From an uncultured delta proteobacterium (lineage in GTDB: Bacteria > Myxococcota_A > Polyangia > Fen-1088): a DNA stretch of 64,000 bases. Below are positions 54,772-64,000 of the stretch, in pieces. Under the pieces are notes generated by a model, which worked only from the letters and a program-made list of their open reading frames with translations, made no database searches and had not been told where the DNA came from. The stretch lies in contig CAVYGB010000008.1 in NCBI GenBank assembly GCA_963767925.1, forward strand, positions 1,856,001 to 1,920,000, written 5' to 3'. Within the stretch, counting starts at the first letter, position 1. Every line of letters starts with the position of its first letter. The translations under genes and the position numbers were made by a program.

Positions 54772-56124
54772 TCAGCCCCGGCCGCGCACCTCTCGACGAT
54801 ACAGCGTCGAGGGATCGATCCCCAGGATCTCCGCCGCCCGGGTCTTGTTGCCGCCGGTGCGCTCGAGCACCCAGGTGATGTATTCCTGCTCGAGATCGCG
54901 CAGGGGCATCAGCTCCCGGCGGGCCCGCTCGAGGGGGTGGCGCGACACCCCCGCGAGCGATGACTCGAGATCCGGGGCCCCGATTGCCGCCGAGCTCCCG
55001 GTGACAACCGCGCTCTCGATGACGTGCTCGAGCTCGCGGACGTTGCCGGGCCAGCTATGTTCCTCGAGGGCCCGCAGGGCTTCGGGTGTCAGAGTCTGCA
55101 CGACCGACGTCGGAACGCGGGCCCGCACCCGAGCGACGAAGTGTTCGGCCAGCAGGGAGATGTCCTCGCGCCGCTCGCGCAGGGGCGGCAGGCGCAGGGT
55201 GACCACCTTGAGTCGGTAGTAGAGGTCCTCGCGGAAGCGGTTGTCCACCACGAGGTCCTCCAGGACCCGGTGGGTGGCTGCCAGGATGCGCACGTCGCAG
55301 CGGCGGACGGTGTCGCTGCCGACGGCGCGGATCTCCCCCGACTCCAGGACCCGCAGCAGCTTGGCCTGCAAGGTCATGGGCATGTCGCCGATCTCGTCGA
55401 GCAGGAGGGTGCCGCCATCCGCCTCGGCGAACAGGCCCTTGCGCAGCTGGGTCGCGCCGGTGAACGCGCCCCGCGCATGTCCGAACAGCTCGCTCTCCAG
55501 CAGGGCCTCGGGCAGGGCCGCGCAGTTCACCGCCACGAAGGCGTGCCGGGCCCGGGGGCCCTGGTGATGGATGGCCCGGGCCACCAGCTCCTTGCCCGTC
55601 CCGGTCTCCCCGATGATGAGCGCGGGGCTGGGCACGGCCGCCAGCCGTTCGATCAGGTCGTAGACCTGCTGGATCTCCCGGCTCTTGCCGACCAGGCTGG
55701 CAAAGGCGTAGCGCTCCTGCACCTCCTTGCGCAGGCGCTGGTTCTCCGAGCGGAGGGAACGTTCGGCACAGGCCCGCTCCAGCAGCAAGCGCACCACCGC
55801 CATCTGGAAGGGCTTCGTCACGTAGTGGTAAGCGCCCCGGCGGATGGCCTCCACGGCGCTCTCGATCCCGCCAAAGGCCGTCATGATCACCACCGCGGCG
55901 TCGGGCTCGATCCGCCGGATGGCGTCGAGCACGTCGAGCCCATCGACGTCTTTCATCCGCAGATCGGTCAGGACCGCGTCGGCCGACGCGGCGGAGAACC
56001 GGGCCACGCCCTCGGCGCCTCCCGACGCCGTCTCGACCTCGAAGCCGTGGGTCCCCAGGAACTCGGCGACCGTGCTCGCCATCTCGGCGTTGTCGTCGAT
56101 GACCAGCACCCGGGGTCTACGCAT
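54772..56124 (-). CDS. Sigma54-dependent response regulator (NtrC/AtoC family)
   Basis: Receiver VLVIDDN...TDLRM, GETGTGKE, ESELFGHARGAFTGA, LLDEIGDM, WPGNVRELE, Fis HTH. Confidence 0.96.
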   Translation of the reverse strand: MRRPRVLVIDDNAEMASTVAEFLGTHGFEVETASGGAEGVARFSAASADAVLTDLRMKDVDGLDVLDAIRRIEPDAAVVIMTAFGGIESAVEAIRRGAYHYVTKPFQMAVVRLLLERACAERSLRSENQRLRKEVQERYAFASLVGKSREIQQVYDLIERLAAVPSPALIIGETGTGKELVARAIHHQGPRARHAFVAVNCAALPEALLESELFGHARGAFTGATQLRKGLFAEADGGTLLLDEIGDMPMTLQAKLLRVLESGEIRAVGSDTVRRCDVRILAATHRVLEDLVVDNRFREDLYYRLKVVTLRLPPLRERREDISLLAEHFVARVRARVPTSVVQTLTPEALRALEEHSWPGNVRELEHVIESAVVTGSSAAIGAPDLESSLAGVSRHPLERARRELMPLRDLEQEYITWVLERTGGNKTRAAEILGIDPSTLYRREVRGRG

Positions 56125-58195
56125 GGGCGCTGACCTCCTCCAGGGCGACCGGCCAGGTGACGGCCACCGTGCTGCCGTTGCCCTTCTGACTCCGCAAGGC
56201 GATCTCCCCCTGATGGTTGCGAACGATGCTGGCCGCGACCGGCAAACCGAGGCCGGTCCCTTCGCCGCGCTTCTTCGTCGTGTAATAAGGGTCGAAGACC
56301 GCGTTGAGATCCTCGGCCGCGATCCCGCAGCCATCGTCCTGGATCTCGATCTCGACCTGCGCGGATCCGCGGCCCGCCCGGACCCGGACGGTGATCGACC
56401 CGCCGCTGTCGCAGGCATCGCAGGCGTTGAGCAGCAGGTTGACCAGCACCTGCTGGAGCTGGTCGGGATCGGCCGAGATGCGCGGCACCTTCGGCTCCAT
56501 GTCCACCCGGACGAACAGGGCCTTCTGGCGCAGGCGCCAGTCCAGCATGGACAGCGCCGAGTCGACCGCCCGGTTGACGTCGACCGGCTGGCGCTCGACC
56601 GGCTGGGTCCGGGCGAAATCGAGGACCCGGCGGATGGTGGAGCTGATCTGGTCGATTTGCCGGATGACCGACTCGATGTCCCGGGCCACCGCCGGATCTT
56701 TCACCTTGCCGAGCAGGATCTCGGCCCGCCCCCGGATGATCCCGAGCGGCGTGCCGATCTCGTGGGCCAGACCCGCCGTCAGCACCCCCACCGTGATCAG
56801 CTTCTCCGCGCGCACGAGCTGCTTTTCCAGGCTCTTGAGCTCCGAGAGGTCCTCGATCAGCAGCAGCGCGCTCACATCCTGGGCGGGGCGGTTGAGCGGG
56901 ATCACCCGGATGTCGAAGTGGCCGGGTCGCCAGGCGAACAGGCCCAGCTCGTCGGCGGCAATGGTGCGCGTGCGCTGGGCCCGCAGGGCCTCGTCGAGGG
57001 TGCGCTCGAGCTGGTTGGCCGCCACGGCGTCGCCCCCGCTGAGCGCCTCCCCCACGGCCGCGCCAATCGGCACCTTGGCCACCCGCTCGGTGAGAAAGCG
57101 ATTTGTCAGCGCCACCCGTCCGTCGGCGGTGATCCCGATCAGCCCGGCCGAGACGTTCTCCACGAGCTTCTCGGTGCGCTCGCGGAGGTCGGCCACCTCC
57201 TCGGCATGCCGGAGCCGTTCGCCCATGACGACCGAACGCCGCTGGTGGCCCACGATGACCCCTCCCACGGCAGTCAACACCCCCGCCAGGGCCAGCGAGG
57301 TGAGGACCAGCCACACCAGCAGAGAGCGCTCCCGAGCCTGGATCGACTCGGCGGACGCGATGGCCGCCAGCGTCCAGCGTCCTCCTCGACGCTGGCTGCT
57401 CTGCCAGGCGATCGCCGCCGGACGACCGGGCAGGCCCACGGCGGCGGGCACCAGGTCGCTGTTCCAGGTCTGGCCACTCGGCCCCTGCAAGATCCCCATC
57501 AGCGCCGCCAGCCCGGGGATCGCGAGCCATTCGTTCCGGCTGAAGGCCCGGCAGGTCGCCGGTTGACGGCATCCAACCCAGAGGGAGGCGCCCGGGTCCA
57601 CGAGCAGGTAGTGGACCGAGGAGGAGCGGGACCGCAGCACCGGCTGCATCAGATAGCGCGCCTCCGACACGAGGACCACCGCCTCCGAAGTGCCGGCGGG
57701 GAGGGCATACACGAAGAACTGGCGGCCGTCCGGGCCCTCCCTCGGGCCACCGAACACCGGCTCTCCCGAGGTGATGGCCTCGCGCGCGGCGGGGACACTC
57801 CAGCCCAGGAACGCCTCCCCGACCGCCCCCGATTCGCCCGGATCGATCGCCCGCACGGCCACCGCCTGCTCGCGAAAAAGGTAGATCGCCCGGTAGTGGC
57901 GCACGACGGTCGCGAGGGCCTGGAACCCCGCCACCAGGAAGCTGTCCTCCTCGGCGGCGTCCAGGCTCGGCCGGGTGCGCGCCCGGCTCAGCAAGGTGGC
58001 CACCAGGCGGCCGTCGTCGTCGAGGCTGGCGAGCTCCCGCTCGAGATCCGCCACCAGCTGGCGCGCGGTCTCCTCCTGCGCGCGCCCGAAGTCGGTCATG
58101 AGCCGATTCCGCTCGTAGCGGAGGCCGGCCACGGCGAGGGCAAGCACCGCAGCCACCATGAGCCCTCCGAGGGGGACGATGTTCCTCGGACCCAT
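56117..58195 (-). CDS. Membrane sensor histidine kinase (periplasmic Cache-like, PAS, HisKA, HATPase)
   Basis: Two TM segments; LAHEIGTPL H-box; QVLVNLLLNACDA N-box; DDGCGI, GEGTGLGL; start chosen at MGPRN. Confidence 0.94.
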   Translation of the reverse strand: MGPRNIVPLGGLMVAAVLALAVAGLRYERNRLMTDFGRAQEETARQLVADLERELASLDDDGRLVATLLSRARTRPSLDAAEEDSFLVAGFQALATVVRHYRAIYLFREQAVAVRAIDPGESGAVGEAFLGWSVPAAREAITSGEPVFGGPREGPDGRQFFVYALPAGTSEAVVLVSEARYLMQPVLRSRSSSVHYLLVDPGASLWVGCRQPATCRAFSRNEWLAIPGLAALMGILQGPSGQTWNSDLVPAAVGLPGRPAAIAWQSSQRRGGRWTLAAIASAESIQARERSLLVWLVLTSLALAGVLTAVGGVIVGHQRRSVVMGERLRHAEEVADLRERTEKLVENVSAGLIGITADGRVALTNRFLTERVAKVPIGAAVGEALSGGDAVAANQLERTLDEALRAQRTRTIAADELGLFAWRPGHFDIRVIPLNRPAQDVSALLLIEDLSELKSLEKQLVRAEKLITVGVLTAGLAHEIGTPLGIIRGRAEILLGKVKDPAVARDIESVIRQIDQISSTIRRVLDFARTQPVERQPVDVNRAVDSALSMLDWRLRQKALFVRVDMEPKVPRISADPDQLQQVLVNLLLNACDACDSGGSITVRVRAGRGSAQVEIEIQDDGCGIAAEDLNAVFDPYYTTKKRGEGTGLGLPVAASIVRNHQGEIALRSQKGNGSTVAVTWPVALEEVSAHA

Positions 58196-58207
58196 CCGTG
58201 CCACAGG

Positions 58208-58223
58208 AGCAAAAGTGGTGCCC
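58208..58223 (-). promoter_or_regulatory. Sigma54 -24/-12 promoter of the kinase/regulator operon
   Basis: GGGCACCACTTTTGCT (GG-N10-GC with TTGC). Confidence 0.7.
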
Positions 58224-58417
58224 GCCGCGTTCTTCATGACCAGGGATCTGCGCGCACCTCCGGTGGTGCCGCTGGGCGGGCAAAGTGCCAAGGCGGTCAT
58301 GCCAGATGCAAGGTTACGAGGACGCGCGCTGCAGCCCGGCAGCGGCAGCGCGAGTAGAGCCACCCGGAGTGCACACAACGGCGGCTGACCTCGAAACGCG
58401 CCCGCCCGGAACGTTCC

Positions 58418-58454
58418 GGCGTGGCGGAGTGCCACGCCGAGGCGAATTGCCTCG
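58418..58454. promoter_or_regulatory. Tandem palindromic candidate activator-binding sites
   Basis: GGCGTGGC-GGAGT-GCCACGCC and CGAGGC-GAATT-GCCTCG, cores 18 bp apart, between divergent two-component genes. Confidence 0.55.
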
Positions 58455-58527
58455 CACGTCCCGCGAGGCGCCCCAACTTCGAATTGGGCGTTGACGTACC
58501 CGGAACCGAACTTCAGCCTACAGGATC

Positions 58528-59925
58528 ATGAAGCGTCGCGTGCTCATCGTGGAGGACGACCGCGCCATGTGCGAGCTGCTCGAGACGCAGCTCCGCCGGC
58601 GCGGGTTCGAGGCGCTCTCGCGTCATTCTGCCGATCAGGCGCTGGCCCTGCTCCGGACCGAGGACTTCCAGGTGGTGGTCGCCGACCACAACATGCCGGG
58701 CGCCAGCGGCATCTCCCTGTGCGACGAGCTCAGCTCCAACCGCCCCGATCTCCCCGTCGTTGTCATCACCGCCTTCGGGAGCATGGAGACCGCGATCGCG
58801 GCCATCCGCGCGGGAGCCTACGACTTTCTGCCCAAGCCGTTCGAGACCGAGCAGCTCGTGCTGGCGCTCGAGCGGGCCATCGCCCATCGGGCCCTCGAGG
58901 AGGAGGTCAAGCGCCTGCGCCGGGCCGTGTCGGAGTCGGCCCGCTTCGACGAGATCCTCGGGGAAAGCGCGAGCATTCGCGGCACGTGCGACCTGATCGC
59001 CCGCGCCGCCGGCTCCGACGCCACCGTCCTCATCACGGGGGAGAGCGGCACCGGCAAGGACCTGGTGGCCAAGGCGCTGCACGGTCGGTCCGACCGGGCG
59101 GGGGGGCCGTTCGTGGCCCTGAACTGCGCTGCGGTGACCGAATCGCTCCTCGAGAGCGAGCTGTTCGGGCACAAGCGAGGCGCGTTCACCGACGCGCGGG
59201 AGAACCGCTCGGGGCTGCTGGTGCAGGCCCGGGGCGGAACCGTTTTCCTCGACGAGATCGGGGACATGCCCCTCCCCATGCAGGCGAAGTTCCTGCGGAC
59301 GATCGAGTCGCGCACGGTGCGGCCGGTCGGCAGCGACAGCGAGGCCCCCATCGACGTCCGCTTCATCGCCGCCACCAACCGCGACCTGGAGAGCGACGCC
59401 GACGAGGGCCGCTTCCGCCGGGATCTCTTCTTCCGCATCAACGTCATCCAGATCCCGGTGCCGGCCCTGCGGGCCCGGGGCAACGACATCTTGCTCCTGG
59501 CCCAGCACTTCGTGGAACGGGCCGCCGCCCGCGGCAGCAAGGCCGTGCTGGGCTTCTCCTCGGGGGCGGCGGAGCGGCTGCTGGCTTACCCCTGGCCGGG
59601 CAACGTGCGGGAGCTGCAGAACGCCATCGAGCGGGCGGTGGCCCTCTGCACCTTCGAGCGGATAACCCCCGAGGACCTGCCCGAGCGGATCCGCTCGCAC
59701 CGCCGCTCGCAGCTCGTGCTCGGCGGAGAGGACCCCAGCGCCCTCCTTCCCATGCACGAGGTCGAGCGCCGCTACATCCTGCACGTCCTCGACACGGTGG
59801 GGGGCAACAAGACCCTGGCTGCCCGGGTTCTCGGCTTCGATCGCCGCACCATGTACCGCAAGCTCGAGCGGTTCGACGACCGGGCCTCGGAGCGCAGCTC
59901 CTCCGATGGCACGGGCGGCGCCTGA
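58528..59925 (+). CDS. Second sigma54-dependent response regulator (NtrC/AtoC family)
   Basis: VLIVEDD...ADHNM, GESGTGKD, ESELFGHKRGAFTDA, FLDEIGDM, WPGNVRELQN, Fis HTH. Confidence 0.96.
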   Translation: MKRRVLIVEDDRAMCELLETQLRRRGFEALSRHSADQALALLRTEDFQVVVADHNMPGASGISLCDELSSNRPDLPVVVITAFGSMETAIAAIRAGAYDFLPKPFETEQLVLALERAIAHRALEEEVKRLRRAVSESARFDEILGESASIRGTCDLIARAAGSDATVLITGESGTGKDLVAKALHGRSDRAGGPFVALNCAAVTESLLESELFGHKRGAFTDARENRSGLLVQARGGTVFLDEIGDMPLPMQAKFLRTIESRTVRPVGSDSEAPIDVRFIAATNRDLESDADEGRFRRDLFFRINVIQIPVPALRARGNDILLLAQHFVERAAARGSKAVLGFSSGAAERLLAYPWPGNVRELQNAIERAVALCTFERITPEDLPERIRSHRRSQLVLGGEDPSALLPMHEVERRYILHVLDTVGGNKTLAARVLGFDRRTMYRKLERFDDRASERSSSDGTGGA

Positions 59926-59958
59926 ACGGATCGATGTTTGCACCTGTTTCGCGATCGG

Positions 59959-60106
59959 CGCGATCCCGGAACCCGTTCGCAAGCTCATCGCGGAGCACAT
60001 CGACCCGTCGAGCAGCTCGAGGTGCTCATCCTCCTACGCGCCAAAGCAGGAGCGCACCTTCACAGCCGACGAGATCAACGACCACGTCCGGAGCAGCACC
60101 TCCTCG
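59959..60106 (+). pseudogene. Truncated fragment of a small hypothetical (wHTH-like) gene
   Basis: Across two indels reads AIPEPVRKLIAEHID(S)VEQLEVLILLRAK/QERTFTADEINDHVRSSTSS, then runs directly into antisense otsB sequence. Confidence 0.55.
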
Positions 60107-61604
<1,498 letters not shown>

Positions 61605-61647
61605 GGTTGGGACCTCCGGAGGCGCCGCGCTCTCCGGGCTCCCCGGA

Positions 61648-61663
61648 GGCAAGCCCCGTGCCT
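61648..61663 (-). promoter_or_regulatory. Sigma54 -24/-12 promoter of otsAB
   Basis: AGGCACGGGGCTTGCC, a close match to TGGCACG-N4-TTGC; GGAGG RBS before ATG 61604. Confidence 0.75.
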
Positions 61664-61851
61664 CGACGAATCCCCGACCTCCCGCGCAGCACCGACCGTC
61701 GCCACCGTCGCGGTCGGGCAGGACGCCCGGGCTAGCCGGGCGTTTTCCCGGAGCGTGGCAGTCTGCCTCGGCGAGGCCAAAGCGCACGCCTCACCGACGC
61801 GTCGCCCGCGCCGGCCGGGGCCTTTCCTGGCGCCTCGCCGCGCTCACGGGC

Positions 61852-61867
61852 CGGCACATCGGCTGCA
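61852..61867 (+). promoter_or_regulatory. Sigma54 -24/-12 promoter of the receiver/peroxidase genes
   Basis: CGGCACATCGGCTGCA (GG-N10-GC). Confidence 0.6.
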
Positions 61868-61894
61868 GGCGTCTCCCCGGGAGGCCCGACAGCA

Positions 61895-62356
61895 ATGCGA
61901 GGCGAGATGGCGAACCAGACCGATCCGGAGAGACGTGAGACCGCGACCGTTCGCGTGTTCCTGGCCGAGGACGACGCCGAGATGCGTCGCCTCATCGCCA
62001 GCGCGCTTCGCCGCGACGGCCACTTCGTCCTAGAGGCCCACGACGGGGCGGGCCTGCTGCTCGAGCTGGGCCACGCCTACTGGGGCGATCTCCCCGACGT
62101 CACACCAACCGTCGTCATCTCGGATCTGCGCATGCCCGGGCGGGACGGGCTGGCCATCCTGCGCGGCCTGCGGCGGTTCGCCTGGTGTCCCCCGTTCATC
62201 CTGATCACCGGCTTCGGCGACGACTCCATCCACCAGGAGGCGGCCCGGCTCGGGGCCGGAGCGGTGTTCGACAAGCCCTTCGACATCGACAAGCTCCGCG
62301 CCGCCGTGGCCCGCCTGGGCCTCGCCGCCGCCGCCTCGCAGATGGACCGGGAATAA
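61895..62356 (+). CDS. Single-domain response regulator
   Basis: VFLAEDD, ISDLRMPG, ILITGFG, FDKPF. Confidence 0.93.
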   Translation: MRGEMANQTDPERRETATVRVFLAEDDAEMRRLIASALRRDGHFVLEAHDGAGLLLELGHAYWGDLPDVTPTVVISDLRMPGRDGLAILRGLRRFAWCPPFILITGFGDDSIHQEAARLGAGAVFDKPFDIDKLRAAVARLGLAAAASQMDRE

Positions 62357-62431
62357 TCCAGCGACGGGTCGTCCACCTGCTGGGAGCCGGCGCCTGCTCG
62401 CTCCGCAGCCAATCTCCTGCAAGGAGTCGTC

Positions 62432-63958
62432 ATGGCGGAGCCGACCCTGGTCCACCCCCGCTGGCACGGGCTCGGCGCGCGTGGCGCCACCCTGGCCCGG
62501 GAATCCGTGCTGTTCGAAGGTCCCTACGGGCGCCTGTTCCGGTCTCTGCCGCCGGCCGACTTCGGCGAGAGCGAGACGCAGAACCTGGAGGCGCTCGGCC
62601 GGCTGGCCAATCGAATGACCGCGGGGGCCGAGCTGCCCAAGGATGGGCCCCACCCGGAAGAGGGCGGGATCCCCGCGGCCTTCACCTACTTTGGCCAGTT
62701 CGTCGACCACGATCTCACCTTCGACCCGGCCAGCAGCCTGCAGCGCCACAACGACGTCGAGGCCCTCCGGAACTTTCGCTCGCCTCGCTTCGACCTCGAT
62801 AGCGTCTACGGTCGGGGACCCGCCGATCAGCCTTACCTCTACCAGGACGGACGCAGCTTCCTCCTGGGAGCGCCGCTGCACGGGGCGAAGCTCAACCCCG
62901 GGGCGTGCGACCTGCCCCGCAGCCGGGCGGCGGCGCCGCGCGCGATCATCGGCGATCCCCGGAACGACGAGAACGTCATCGTCTCGCAGCTCCACGGTCT
63001 GCTTCTTCGCTTTCACAACCGCCTGGCCCGCGAGCGGCCCTGGCCGTTCGATCGCCTGCAGCGGGAGGTGCGCCACCACTATCAGTGGGTGGTCCTGCAC
63101 GACCTGCTTCCCCGCATCGTGTCGGCCGCCGTGCTCGACGAGCTCCTGCCCAACCGCCGGGAGGCAGCCCGCACCGATCGGAGGGACCTGCTCCAGGCCC
63201 GGCACCCCCTGCTGCGCTGGCGGAACGATCCATTCATTCCCCTCGAGTTCTCGGCGGCGGCCTATCGCTTCGGCCATTCGATGGTGCGCGCCGGCTACCG
63301 CCTGAACGAGACCGTGCCGCCGCTGCCGATCTTCTCGAGCGATCCCGAGTTTTCTCTCGCCGGGTTGCGCCCCCTCCCCGCCGACTGGGCCATCGACTGG
63401 AACCTCTTCCTCGACCTCGTGCCCCGCAGCCCCCTCGACGCCACCCGGATGCAGCTCGCCTTCCAGATCGACACCTCGCTCATCAACGGGCTCGGGCACC
63501 TGCCTGCCGCCCTGGGCCCTCCCTCGCTGGCCCGACGCAACCTCACGCGGGGCTGGCGGATGCGCCTGCCCTCCGGTCAAGCGGTGGCCCGCGCCCTGGG
63601 GCTCGCCCCGCTCGCCGACGGCAACCTCCGGATCGGACGCCCCGGCCGCGACGGGGAGGGCGTCCCACCCATCGCCGAGATCCATCCGGCCTTCGCCGAC
63701 AACTGCCCCCTGTGGGCCTACGTGCTCGCCGAGGCGGCCAGCGAGCAGGCGCTGGTCCGGACCACCGCCGGCGAGGATCCGAGGCCCACCCGGCGCCTCG
63801 GCCCGGTCGGAGGCCGCATCGTCGCCGAGACCTTCATCGGGCTGCTGATGGGGGACAGCCACGCGTTCCTCACGCTCGACCCGCGCTGGAAGCCGGCCAC
63901 CCTTGCCAGCAAAGACCAGTTCGGCCTCCGCGAGCTGATCGCGTTCGCGCTCGATTGA
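62432..63958 (+). CDS. Heme peroxidase of the peroxidase-cyclooxygenase (animal-type) superfamily
   Basis: FTYFGQFVDHDLT (distal His), LDSVYGRGP, GDPRNDEN, AAYRFGHSMVR (proximal His), PLWAYVLAEA, LGPVGGRIVAE; AAGGAG RBS. Confidence 0.92.
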   Translation: MAEPTLVHPRWHGLGARGATLARESVLFEGPYGRLFRSLPPADFGESETQNLEALGRLANRMTAGAELPKDGPHPEEGGIPAAFTYFGQFVDHDLTFDPASSLQRHNDVEALRNFRSPRFDLDSVYGRGPADQPYLYQDGRSFLLGAPLHGAKLNPGACDLPRSRAAAPRAIIGDPRNDENVIVSQLHGLLLRFHNRLARERPWPFDRLQREVRHHYQWVVLHDLLPRIVSAAVLDELLPNRREAARTDRRDLLQARHPLLRWRNDPFIPLEFSAAAYRFGHSMVRAGYRLNETVPPLPIFSSDPEFSLAGLRPLPADWAIDWNLFLDLVPRSPLDATRMQLAFQIDTSLINGLGHLPAALGPPSLARRNLTRGWRMRLPSGQAVARALGLAPLADGNLRIGRPGRDGEGVPPIAEIHPAFADNCPLWAYVLAEAASEQALVRTTAGEDPRPTRRLGPVGGRIVAETFIGLLMGDSHAFLTLDPRWKPATLASKDQFGLRELIAFALD

Positions 63959-64000
63959 CGAGCGTCGCGACGGCTGTTTATAGCGCAACGGGTCGCAAAC

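Overview
Very GC-rich bacterial chromosomal DNA, most likely from Myxococcota. The evidence is a Tgl-like TPR lipoprotein, paired myxobacterial-type outer-membrane beta-barrels, a MYXO-CTERM-tagged matrixin, a TIGR04563-like small protein and several sigma54 systems. The window holds core genes (ppdK, recO, rpsA, cmk, smc, ftsY, lipB, rpmB, trpBA, hemE, hslO) interspersed with envelope and regulatory modules. Essential genes (rpsA, ftsY, smc) carry frameshifts, so many indels are probably sequencing or assembly errors. No rRNA, tRNA, CRISPR array or mobile element was recognised. Best candidate for an undescribed system: a translationally coupled ubiquitin-like sulfur-carrier operon (38200-43061: Cys-motif protein, CoA-binding protein, CysK, E1-a, Ubl, E1-b, CysM-like, JAB). 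Its two ThiF/MoeB paralogues are complementary half-enzymes. One has the ATP loop and catalytic Cys but no N-terminal Arg arm; the other has the Arg arm but no ATP loop. This resembles eukaryotic heterodimeric E1s. Other leads: an ECF sigma/zinc anti-sigma/mini-secretin triad, a divergent pair of apparent pseudo-enzymes (double HARE-HTH-Mrr and a degenerate Ddl), a TIMP-like protein coupled to a matrixin, and a repeated sigma54 promoter plus upstream-box architecture with near-leaderless starts. All family assignments come from motif recognition by eye; no database search was run.
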